DNA of 32,000 bases from NCBI RefSeq assembly GCF_035285525.1, contig NZ_JAYKGW010000128.1, forward strand, positions 30,001 to 62,000, written 5' to 3'. The stretch's first letter is position 1. The number at the start of each line of letters is the position of its first letter. The position numbers and the translations under genes were made by a program. The notes under the pieces are model-generated. The model did no database searches, was not told where the DNA came from, and worked only from the letters and a program-made list of their open reading frames with translations. This DNA is from Okeania sp. Lineage in GTDB: Bacteria; Cyanobacteriota; Cyanobacteriia; Cyanobacteriales; Microcoleaceae. Shown here piece by piece: positions 9,355 through 17,630 of the stretch.

Positions 9355-9445
9355 CAGGACTTACGCAGCAAACCTAGATATGGTGCTTAAAACTATTGCA
9401 CAATAGTTTTTTAACTCTATATATAGTACCTTTGTGTAAGTCCTG
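9355..9445. mobile_element. MITE-like element, subfamily B (91 bp)
   Basis: caggacttacgca...tgtgtaagtcctg. Nearly identical to 30677-30767, and to 11050-11137 in inverted orientation. Confidence 0.8.
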
Positions 9446-9553
9446 TTATAAAACTCTACTTTGCAATTTTAAATGCATGAATTTTGAATTGTAACTTCAG
9501 TATTTCTGGTTGCCAGTAGTACAATGTAACGGTTGTTTTTTTATATAAAGAGT

Positions 9554-10849
9554 TTGATAGAACGTTACACTTTACCCGAAATGGGTGAACTTTGGACTGA
9601 TAATGCCAAACTAAAAACTTGGCTCCAAGTAGAAATAGCTGTTTGTGAAGCTCAGGCAGAACTTGGTTATATTCCTGCTGATGCGGTAGAAGAAATTAAG
9701 GCCAAGGCAAATTTTGACCAGCAGCGGGTATTGGAAATAGAAGCAGAAGTCCGCCATGATATGATTGCCTTCTTGACAAATGTGAACGAATATGTTGGGG
9801 ATGCCGGACGGTATATTCACTTAGGTTTAACCAGTTCTGATATTTTGGATACTGCCCTAGCATTACAAATGGTGGCAAGTCTAGATGTGTTGTTATTATG
9901 CGTGGAAGAGTTAGGACAAGCTATTCGCTATCAGGCACAACAGCATCGGGAAACAGTTATGGTTGGTCGCTCCCACGGTATTCATGCGGAACCAATAACT
10001 TTTGGTTTTAAATTAGCAGGATGGTTAGCAGAAGTTTGTCGTCATCGCCAGAGGTTAGTGCAACTCCGTCAGAATATTGCTGTAGGTAAAATTTCTGGCG
10101 CAGTAGGAACTTATGCCAATATTGACCCCAGAGTAGAGGCGATCGCTTGTCAAAAACTGGAACTTAAACCAGATACAGCATCTACTCAAGTAATTTCTCG
10201 CGATCGCCATGCTGAGTATGTACAAACTCTGGCTTTACTGACTGCTTCTATCGAACGTTTTGCAGTAGAGATTCGGAACCTGCAACGGACTGATGTTTTA
10301 GAAGTTGAAGAATATTTTTCTCAAGGTCAAAAAGGTTCCAGTGCCATGCCTCACAAACGGAACCCCATCCGTTCCGAGAGGTTAAGCGGAGTAGCCAGAA
10401 TAGTGCGGGGTCATTCTATTGCTGCCTTGGAAAATGTTGCCCTGTGGCACGAACGAGATATTTCTCATAGTTCAGTGGAAAGAGTTATATTACCAGACAC
10501 TTGTATTTTGACTCATTTTATGCTAAAAGAAACCACTGAATTAATCCAGAAATTGTTAGTATATCCAGAAAACATGAAGCGAAATATGAATGTTTATGGA
10601 GGAGTAATTTTTAGCCAAAGAGTGCTATTAGCATTAGTAGAAAAAGGCATGATTAGAGAAGATGCTTATAAAATTGTGCAGTCTTGCGCTCATCAAGCTT
10701 GGAATCAACCCAATGGTAATTTCCAAGAATTAATCAGTAAAAATGAACAGATAAAAAGTCAATTATCTGAGGCAGAAATTGCAACTTGTTTTGACCCGAA
10801 ACATCATTTAAAAAATTTAGATGATGTGTATCAAAGATTAGGTATTTAA
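9554..10849 (+). CDS. purB: adenylosuccinate lyase
   Basis: The ORF matches PurB throughout (SSDILDTA, GRSHGIHAEPITFG, GSSAMPHKRNP signature). The track starts at TTG 9533. The second in-frame TTG at 9554 gives MIERYTLPEM and 431 aa, the usual PurB N-terminus and length. Confidence 0.9.
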   Translation: MIERYTLPEMGELWTDNAKLKTWLQVEIAVCEAQAELGYIPADAVEEIKAKANFDQQRVLEIEAEVRHDMIAFLTNVNEYVGDAGRYIHLGLTSSDILDTALALQMVASLDVLLLCVEELGQAIRYQAQQHRETVMVGRSHGIHAEPITFGFKLAGWLAEVCRHRQRLVQLRQNIAVGKISGAVGTYANIDPRVEAIACQKLELKPDTASTQVISRDRHAEYVQTLALLTASIERFAVEIRNLQRTDVLEVEEYFSQGQKGSSAMPHKRNPIRSERLSGVARIVRGHSIAALENVALWHERDISHSSVERVILPDTCILTHFMLKETTELIQKLLVYPENMKRNMNVYGGVIFSQRVLLALVEKGMIREDAYKIVQSCAHQAWNQPNGNFQELISKNEQIKSQLSEAEIATCFDPKHHLKNLDDVYQRLGI

Positions 10850-10857
10850 GAGTCTAT

Positions 10858-10993
10858 CAGGACTTACACATAAACCGGGTTTATCAACAAAAGGCAATTA
10901 GGGCTAAAGCCATGAGGTACGAAAAACAGGGGTTTGAGATTGCTTCCCTGGGGTCGTATCGGACGAAAATACGTTGCACTTGCGTAAGTCCTG
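10858..10993. mobile_element. MITE-like element, subfamily C
   Basis: caggacttacaca...gagattgcttccctgg...ttgcacttgcgtaagtcctg. It shares its termini and the gagattgct..cctg core with 28746-28909. It begins 9 nt after the purB stop. Confidence 0.75.
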
Positions 10994-11049
10994 GCAATAA
11001 ACCCGGTTTCTTGTTTAGTTTGTGTAATATCATGTTCAGTTGAAAAGTT

Positions 11050-11137
11050 CAGGACTTAAGCAAATGTAATATAGAGTCGAAAAACTATTGCGTATGGGGT
11101 TTTAAGCACTATATCTAGGGTGGCTGCGTAAGTCCTG
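11050..11137. mobile_element. MITE-like element, subfamily B, inverted relative to 9355-9445
   Basis: The reverse complement aligns by eye with the 9355 and 30677 copies (ctagatatagtgcttaaaac...caatagttttt). Confidence 0.75.
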
Positions 11138-11278
11138 AAGTTGTCATTACGCACTCCGCTATCGCAGAGTGAAGTAATCTCAAAGTGCTGTGATTGCTTT
11201 CCGTTCTGGAATTCTTCGCCAACCCTTCATTCTTTGATTAAGTCAATGCTCTCTTCTAAACCAGATTTAGTATCATAC

Positions 11279-14200
11279 CTATTCCCTCCACTCCTGTAAC
11301 ACCTCATCAGTAAATGGATTTTCCCCTGCCTGGAGTGCTTTAATCCATTCTTGTCGTTGTGCTTTATCCTCCTCATCATCAGTCCATTTTACAAATACCT
11401 GAAAATCAGCGATCGCTCCTTCAATATCCCCAGTTAAAGCCCTGAAAAGTCCCCGAATATCAACAATATTGCCATTTGCCGAATCAAGAGTGACTGCTTT
11501 TTCACAAGCAAACATCACATCAGTAGCTTGTTGATTAAGGCTGCCTTGACGACAAAGGTAAGCCCAATCACGAGCAGAAATTTGAGTGGGGTCAATTTTG
11601 TCTGCTTGCTGATAGGAAGCGATCGCTTCCTTAACTTTCCCATCTCTGACAAGCTCCCTGCCGTTATCCAAAAATTCATCTACTGCCTCAGATTTAGCTT
11701 TAGCTTCTAGATTAATATTTTCCCAAGTAGAGCTAAATGCTAATATATCAAGTTCTTTTGCTTGTTGATACTTTACCACTGCTGCTTGAATGTTTCCTTC
11801 CCTTGCTAATTTTATTCCTTCCTCCATTAATTTTTCTGCCTCCGACAATGAGACAGCCCAAGCTTTTAAATTTGGGCTGAGGTCAAGATCGGAGTTCCAT
11901 TGCAGAGCTGTTTTAAACACTGCAACTGCTTCCTCAAGTTTTTCTGCTTTTCCCTTGCTTTCTCTGGCTAATTTTTCTCCCACTATTACCAAATTACCAG
12001 AAGCTACTTTCTTGCGTCCATAAGTTTGGCAAACCTTAAGTTTATCTAATTCCTGGGGATGAGAAATTAGGTAATCATTTAACCAATCGCAACCAATATC
12101 AGTTAACTTTTCTATCTGCCAATTTTTCCACAATTTTACAGTTCTGTCATCACTTGTCGTAGCAATCGTCTCTCCATCCGGACTAAATGCTACACCCCAA
12201 ACCGAATTTTCATGGCCTTCTAAAGTCTGCAACAGTTTCCCCTGAAAATTCCACAATTTCACTGTATTGTCATTACTTGTAGAAACAATAGTCTCTCCAT
12301 CGGGACTAAATGCTACACCATTGACCGAATTTCCATGCCCCTCTAAAGTGTGTAAAAGTTTCCCGTGGCGGTTCCATAGTTTGACTGTTTGATCGTGGCT
12401 ACCAGTGGCAATAGTCTCTCCATCAGAACTAAATGCTACACCATTGACCGAATTTTCATGGTCGGTTAGAGTTTGCAAAAGTTTCCCCTGACGGTTCCAC
12501 AATTTCACTGTACTGTCACGACTAGCAGTTACGATAGTCTCTCCATCCGGACTAAATGCTACACCCATGACCAAATTATCATGGCCGATTAGAGTTTCCA
12601 ACAGTTCCCCCTGACGGTTCCACAATTTTGCTGTCTTGTCACCACTAGCAGTAGCAATCATCTCTCCATCCGGACTAAAAGTTACACCTATTACCCAACT
12701 CTTATGATCTTTTAAAGTCTGCAATAGTTTCCCCTGGAGGTTCCATAAATTTACTGTATTGTCACGACTAGCAGTAGCAATCGTCTCTCCATCAGGACTA
12801 AATGCTACACCATAAACCCAACTCTTGTGCCCAACCAGAGTCCGCAACAGTTTCCCCTGATGGTTCCACAATTTTACTGTATTATCCCAACTAGCAGTTG
12901 CTATAGTCTTGCCATCAGGACTAAATGCTACACCAAAAACCGAGTTTTCATGCCCCGTTAGAGTCTGCAAAAACTGCTTCTGAGGTTGCCATAGTTTCAC
13001 TGTTTTGTCAGCACTTGCAGTTGCTATAGTATCTCCATCCGGACTAAATGCTACACCATAAATCCGATCCTTATGCCCAACCAAAGTCTGCAACAAATTC
13101 CCCTGGAGGTTCCATAATTTTATTGTTTTGTCAGCACTAGCACTAGCAATAGTATCTCCGTCCGGACTAAATGTTACACTAGCTATCCCTTCCTGATGCC
13201 CTGTGAGAGTTTGCAATAATTCTCCCTGAAGGTTCCACGATTTCACTGTTTTGTCAGCACTAGCAGTAGCAATAGTCTCTCCGTCCGGACTAAATGTTAC
13301 ACTATTAACCCAACTCTGATGCCCTTTGAGAGTCCGCAAAAGTTTCCCCTGAAGGTTCCATAGTTTTGCTGTTTGGTCACCACTAGCAGTAGCAATAGTC
13401 TCTCCGTCCGGACTAAATGCGACACTGCTGACTTTTCCCTGATGCCCTTTGAGAATTTGCAAAAGTTTCCCTTGGCGGTTCCAGAGTCTCACAGTTTGGT
13501 CACCACTAGCAGTAGCAATAGTCTCTCCATCAGAACTAAATGTTACACCATTAACCCAATTCTGGTGGCCCTTGAGAGTCCGCAAAAGTTTCCCCTGAAG
13601 GTTCCACAACTTTACTGTATTGTCACGACTGACAGAAACAATTGTATCTCCAGCAGGATTAAAAACTACATCTATTACCCAATCTTTATGGCCTTTGAGA
13701 GTATGTAAAAGTTTCCCCTGACAGTTCCACAACTTTATTGTCTTGTCACCACTAGCAGTAGCAATAGTCTCTCCATCGGGACTAAATGTTACACTGTTGA
13801 CCGAATTATCATGCCCCTGAAAACGGTTGAACTCTTTAAATGCTTCTTGGTTGCGTCTGTAAACTGCTACTCGGAGAGCATTTATAATGTTGCTAGCTTT
13901 ACCTGTTGCTGGAAAATTAGCATCTCCTTGTTTTTGCCTAGCCTCCATAGCTTTGAGCAACCCATCTAGCCGCTGTCCTGACAACGACAAAACTCTAGCC
14001 TCATTTGCCTGAGCAATAATGGTTTGCTTTTCTGCCCTTTGACTTTCTTGTTTTGCCATGCCAGCAAAGATTCCCATCGCTACTGTCAATAGCGCCATCG
14101 ATAAGGAAACAAAAACGGAAGCTTTAAACACCCGCTTTTCCAATTTTTGTCTTTTTTCTTGTTCTTCCCGTCGTTTTTTGCGTTCTTCTTCTAGTTCTTT

Positions 14201-16975
14201 TAATGTTTCAGTGCCTTTTCTTTGGCGAATAAACCCTACTAAATAATCATGTACTAACTGATAATGGTCTGCTGGTTTTTCTGGCAACAAAAATACTAAA
14301 CCAGAATCTACAAAAATATTTAATACTAACTCTAACTCCTCCATATTAAACTTACTTTCTTTCTCCAATTCAGCTTTAGTTTTCAGAGGGCGAGTATTGT
14401 TTTCATCAGTGAACAATAGCAGCACCAACCAAGCTAATTTTTCATTCTCATCCCCACAGTCTTTCACGACAGATGCTAAATATTCTTCTACCAATTTTGC
14501 CTTGGGATTATCTCCTAATTCTTGATATTTTTCTAAGGTAGTAATATTCTCAGCTTGCAATTGTGCCCCTACTACTTGCAACTCTATGGGACGAATTTCT
14601 CCCAACTCCTCAGCTAAATCTTCTACCAATTTGTCTGTGAGATTTTTATCTATTTTAAACTGAGAATTTGCGGTTAATCCTTGAATAACAGATTTGGCTT
14701 GTGAGGGAGAAAAATTTCCTAAGTAATAGAGGATATTTTTATCTAAAATATTATTATTAATTGTCTCTAAATTTCCCCAACGATTAAAATCTAATAAATA
14801 ATGAATATAATCTGACCGCAGAGATAAAACTATTTTCACAGAAGATGTTTCTAAACATTCTTGGAGAAATTTAGCAAATTCTCGTTTATCCTCTGGTTCG
14901 CTATTTTCAAAGAAAAATTCCTCAAATTGGTCAAAAATAATAACTGTGAGTAGATTTAATTCATCATTACCATTATTTCGCAACTGAACAAAAATTTCCT
15001 CAGCCGAATTTAGATTCTCTGAATCAATTGTTAAATTAGCAATTATTTGTAGTTGTTCTGCTAAAATTTTCCCTAATTCGGAAATCCAATGCACATAAAC
15101 TCGTTGTAAAACTACTACTACATCACGAGTAGCAATTGATTTTCCTTCTAAAGTCGGAACTAATCCAGCTTGTAAAATCGAACTTTTACCTACCCCTGAT
15201 TGTCCATGAATAACTATTAATTTATGGTCAGGGCGACTAATTCTTTCCACCAATTTTTTGACATCAAGCTGTCGTCCAGATGCAGCTATTTCTTGAGTGA
15301 GTTTTTGTTGATTAATTTTAGATTTTGACTGAGGTAAAGCCGGATTAATATTTAGTTTTATATCTCTCAAACGATTAGCACCAACAAAAGCTTGAAACCC
15401 AAATTGTTGTTCTATCTTGAGTTTTTCTTGCTTGATTTCAAAAGCTTTTAAATATGCTTTTTCTTGGTAATAAATTAGTTGTAAATCTGTGAGAATATCA
15501 AGATAAAAATCGGCATTGTATTCAGGTTTTGTCGTATTTTTTGCTTCTTCAAAAATAGCTATAACAGATTTTATTTCACCTAAATATTTTTCCGCTTTAG
15601 CCAAAGAAAATAAATATCTACCCAGATGAGAATACTGTTCCCAATCTAATGTGATTTTGTCTGTTTCAGAAGTAGAAGAAGATGCAGCAGTTAAAGTTTT
15701 GTGGAAAATTTCTATAGCAGTTTGAGCAAATTTTTTGGCTGGTTTATAGTGACTTTTTGCTAATTCACATTCTGCGAGAAAACCATAAGCACAAGCTAAT
15801 CTAAATGATGAGTAATCCCCCTTCATTTCTAGGGTGTGGGAAAAGGTGGAAGATGGGAAAGATGGGGAGGAGGGGGAAGATGGGGAAGATGGGGAGGAGG
15901 GGGAAGATGGGGAAGTAGAGGGTCTGGAAGCGATATTTCTCAAAAAGGATTTACCTCCGACACCTCCGACACTTCCCCCACTTCCATTTTGGGAGGAATT
16001 AAAAAGTTCTATTGCCCTATTCGCAATCGTCTCTAACTTATTCCAACATTCCAAAGTCTGCAAAACTTCTCCCCAAGCATTGATAAATTTAGCAACTAAA
16101 TCTGAACGATTAATTGTCTCGAAGCCTTCTATGGAGTGTTGAAAATAACAGCCAGCTTTCTCATAAGCTTGATGTTTTGCTGTTCTATGTCTCACCCCAT
16201 AACTCCGCCACCATAAACCCAAATAATAATTAGTATGAGCCACTCGCAAAGAGTTGTTAACTTCTTGCCAAAGTTCTAAACTCCGTTGATAATGTTCTAA
16301 TGCTATTTCAGTAGAATTATCTGTTATTCTTCCTAACAAAAATTCTAGACTAGCCTCTAATTCTGTTTCTAAATTAACTCCTCTATTTACTAATTCCTGT
16401 CGAGCATTTACTAATTCTTGATAAGTAGAATCTAGCAAACCTAGCTCGGCATAATCTAAAAATATTCCAGCCCCACTTTCTAATACTTTTTGATAAACAC
16501 TCTCACCCATCTGTTGAATAAAATCTATTAATTCTTGAGTGAGAGTTTCAAAGACAGTCAGACTTGCCCAACTTTCAAAATCAGGAATTAAACGAATAAA
16601 CTTTCGGGAAATCTCTGCATCTATCCATAAAACTATTGGGAAGTGAAAATTTTTGGGAAATTCTTCCCGCACTAACCCCATTGAAATGAGCAGTCCATCA
16701 AGATCCGCCACCGACTCCAAACCAGAAACCATAAGAGCATCTGGTTGTTGCTCTCCTAAATATTGGGAGATAGTGGCATAAAGTTCTTTCGCTGACCCAT
16801 CTAACTGTAACCTTGCTAAGTCTCCAGAAAAAGATTCTTGGAGTTTTTGCATTAGGCGATCGCGCTGAGTCAGAGTATTACAACAAGCTAAAAATAGCCG
16901 AAATTCTCCTTGAGACATTTCTAGGCCAAACATTAGCTCGGACAATGATTCTCGATGATGATTAAAATCTGGCAT
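11279..16975 (-). CDS. giant STAND-type NTPase / TM / 14x WD40 / TPR protein (NLR-like)
   Basis: 1,898-aa ORF. aa 1-150: alpha/beta-like domain without a P-loop. aa 160-560: TPR-like helices, interrupted by an (SPS)n tract at aa 331-377. Walker A is GQSGVGKS (aa 591-598, nt 15182-15205) and Walker B is VIIFDQFEE (aa 678-686). A K/R-rich stretch is followed by the TM helix VFKASVFVSLSMALLTVAMGIFAGM (aa 949-973). aa 1049-1622: 14 WD40 units of 41 aa. aa 1625-1898: TPR-like repeats. Confidence 0.9.
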   Translation of the reverse strand: MPDFNHHRESLSELMFGLEMSQGEFRLFLACCNTLTQRDRLMQKLQESFSGDLARLQLDGSAKELYATISQYLGEQQPDALMVSGLESVADLDGLLISMGLVREEFPKNFHFPIVLWIDAEISRKFIRLIPDFESWASLTVFETLTQELIDFIQQMGESVYQKVLESGAGIFLDYAELGLLDSTYQELVNARQELVNRGVNLETELEASLEFLLGRITDNSTEIALEHYQRSLELWQEVNNSLRVAHTNYYLGLWWRSYGVRHRTAKHQAYEKAGCYFQHSIEGFETINRSDLVAKFINAWGEVLQTLECWNKLETIANRAIELFNSSQNGSGGSVGGVGGKSFLRNIASRPSTSPSSPSSPSSPSSPSSPSFPSSTFSHTLEMKGDYSSFRLACAYGFLAECELAKSHYKPAKKFAQTAIEIFHKTLTAASSSTSETDKITLDWEQYSHLGRYLFSLAKAEKYLGEIKSVIAIFEEAKNTTKPEYNADFYLDILTDLQLIYYQEKAYLKAFEIKQEKLKIEQQFGFQAFVGANRLRDIKLNINPALPQSKSKINQQKLTQEIAASGRQLDVKKLVERISRPDHKLIVIHGQSGVGKSSILQAGLVPTLEGKSIATRDVVVVLQRVYVHWISELGKILAEQLQIIANLTIDSENLNSAEEIFVQLRNNGNDELNLLTVIIFDQFEEFFFENSEPEDKREFAKFLQECLETSSVKIVLSLRSDYIHYLLDFNRWGNLETINNNILDKNILYYLGNFSPSQAKSVIQGLTANSQFKIDKNLTDKLVEDLAEELGEIRPIELQVVGAQLQAENITTLEKYQELGDNPKAKLVEEYLASVVKDCGDENEKLAWLVLLLFTDENNTRPLKTKAELEKESKFNMEELELVLNIFVDSGLVFLLPEKPADHYQLVHDYLVGFIRQRKGTETLKELEEERKKRREEQEKRQKLEKRVFKASVFVSLSMALLTVAMGIFAGMAKQESQRAEKQTIIAQANEARVLSLSGQRLDGLLKAMEARQKQGDANFPATGKASNIINALRVAVYRRNQEAFKEFNRFQGHDNSVNSVTFSPDGETIATASGDKTIKLWNCQGKLLHTLKGHKDWVIDVVFNPAGDTIVSVSRDNTVKLWNLQGKLLRTLKGHQNWVNGVTFSSDGETIATASGDQTVRLWNRQGKLLQILKGHQGKVSSVAFSPDGETIATASGDQTAKLWNLQGKLLRTLKGHQSWVNSVTFSPDGETIATASADKTVKSWNLQGELLQTLTGHQEGIASVTFSPDGDTIASASADKTIKLWNLQGNLLQTLVGHKDRIYGVAFSPDGDTIATASADKTVKLWQPQKQFLQTLTGHENSVFGVAFSPDGKTIATASWDNTVKLWNHQGKLLRTLVGHKSWVYGVAFSPDGETIATASRDNTVNLWNLQGKLLQTLKDHKSWVIGVTFSPDGEMIATASGDKTAKLWNRQGELLETLIGHDNLVMGVAFSPDGETIVTASRDSTVKLWNRQGKLLQTLTDHENSVNGVAFSSDGETIATGSHDQTVKLWNRHGKLLHTLEGHGNSVNGVAFSPDGETIVSTSNDNTVKLWNFQGKLLQTLEGHENSVWGVAFSPDGETIATTSDDRTVKLWKNWQIEKLTDIGCDWLNDYLISHPQELDKLKVCQTYGRKKVASGNLVIVGEKLARESKGKAEKLEEAVAVFKTALQWNSDLDLSPNLKAWAVSLSEAEKLMEEGIKLAREGNIQAAVVKYQQAKELDILAFSSTWENINLEAKAKSEAVDEFLDNGRELVRDGKVKEAIASYQQADKIDPTQISARDWAYLCRQGSLNQQATDVMFACEKAVTLDSANGNIVDIRGLFRALTGDIEGAIADFQVFVKWTDDEEDKAQRQEWIKALQAGENPFTDEVLQEWRE
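12110..13831 (-). repeat. tandem array of 14 x 123-bp WD40-coding units
   Basis: Period of 123 bp. The 28-nt string tctctccatccggactaaatgctacacc recurs exactly at 12169-12196 and 12538-12565, and with 1-3 changes in most other units. Confidence 0.95.
14057..14131 (-). other. predicted single transmembrane helix inside the giant ORF
   Basis: About 25 uncharged residues, preceded by EEERKKRREEQEKRQKLEKR. By the positive-inside rule this favours the N-terminus in and the C-terminus out. Confidence 0.6.
15845..15985 (-). repeat. in-frame 9-nt-unit repeat tract encoding G/S then (SPS)n
   Basis: The plus strand reads ggggaagatggggaggagggggaagatggggaagatggggaggaggggg... The coding strand gives STSPSSPSSPSSPSSPSSPSFPSS. 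Confidence 0.9.
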
Positions 16976-16982
16976 TCTATTT

Positions 16983-17047
16983 CAGTTATCAGTTATCAGT
17001 TATCAGCCCAGTAATGGACAGACACATCTAATTCAGTTATCAGTTAG
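16983..17047. repeat. two blocks of heptamer STRR (CAGTTAT)n in the 5' leader of the giant gene
   Basis: About 3.4 units at 16983-17006 and 2 units at 17034-17047. The first block ends 8 nt from the ATG (16973-16975 on the reverse strand). It is the same heptamer as at 4676-4710. Confidence 0.95.
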
Positions 17048-17110
17048 TGGCAGGTTTTGCGCTCCGCAAAGCTCCGCTTTATATGTCGCGCAGCCAAACG
17101 CTTGGCGGCA
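17048..17110. mobile_element. fragment of MITE subfamily A core
   Basis: ttttgcgctccgcaaagctccgctttatatgtcg (17055-17088) matches the cores at 2210-2245 and 26927-26960. No termini are present. Confidence 0.6.
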
Positions 17111-17208
17111 TGAATGGGCAGAATTTGCTAAGGAAGGAATCTCATATAGAATCCGGTTATATAGTATATGTTCATAATTATATCTACACTTTCTACTCCC
17201 CATCTCCC

Positions 17209-17235
17209 CACACAGACCACACAGACCACACAGAG
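17209..17235. repeat. 9-bp tandem repeat (CACACAGAC)x3
   Basis: Directly visible. Confidence 0.9.
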
Positions 17236-17482
17236 CCAAATATACAACAAGTATTCAACCGGACATGATATCAGAGGTTTAGGAGACTGCTTCCGCTTCG
17301 TCGATAGGGACTACTGGATTGTTTCATTTTAAATGATGCAATAGGAAGTTGGCCTGAGATTGCTTTCCTGACGGAATGCTAAGTAAACACATTCGTTGGC
17401 AATGACAAATAATCATGCACTATTTTAGATGAAACAGTCCACTACTGGATTGACACAGCTAAAATAGTGCAGAGCGATTTTT

Positions 17483-17567
17483 TCTCCCTTGTCTCCCTTG
17501 TCTCCCTTGTCTCCCTTGTCTCCCTTGTCTTCCTTGTCTCCCTTGTCTTCCTTGTCTCCCTTGTCTA
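17483..17567. repeat. 9-bp tandem repeat (TCTCCCTTG)x9.5 with two TCTTCCTTG variants
   Basis: Directly visible. It lies 64-148 nt downstream of the stop of the 456-aa ATPase gene. Confidence 0.95.
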
Positions 17568-17630
17568 CCCATAACCAAAAAGTAACGCACCATTTAAGGC
17601 GTGTCAGTCCACTACTAAACTTCTTGCTGC

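Noticed and set aside
9218-9406. The 62-aa ORF at 9218..9406, and similar ORFs at 17033..17239, 17047..17268, 24004..24192, 26802..27029 and 26921..27169.
   Set aside because: Each is composed almost entirely of STRR tracts, MITE cores or tandem duplications. The same 'protein' segments (e.g. RKAPLYMS) recur because the DNA repeat recurs.
9533-9553. The upstream TTG (9533) as the purB start.
   Set aside because: It adds MFFYIKS, which has no counterpart in PurB N-termini as I recall them. The TTG at 9554 gives the canonical MIERYTLPEM. Still unverified without an alignment.
12110-13831. WD40 variability driven by a diversity-generating retroelement.
   Set aside because: I can find no reverse transcriptase ORF and no template/variable repeat pair with adenine-specific mismatches in the window. 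Repeat shuffling or gene conversion explains the pattern better.
15834-16142. Plus-strand G/E/W-rich ORFs (15834..16142, 15836..16036) and other antisense ORFs within the giant gene (11528..11710, 11790..12023, 13373..13708, 14058..14246).
   Set aside because: They are antisense to a 1,898-aa ORF with strong domain content. The G/E-rich ones are just the complement of the (SPS)n repeat.
17483-17567. Possible CRISPR array (also considered for 24048-24210 and the heptamer arrays).
   Set aside because: The units are 7-9 bp and contiguous with no spacers, or there are only two 72-bp copies. There are no cas genes and no 25-40-bp repeat/spacer periodicity.
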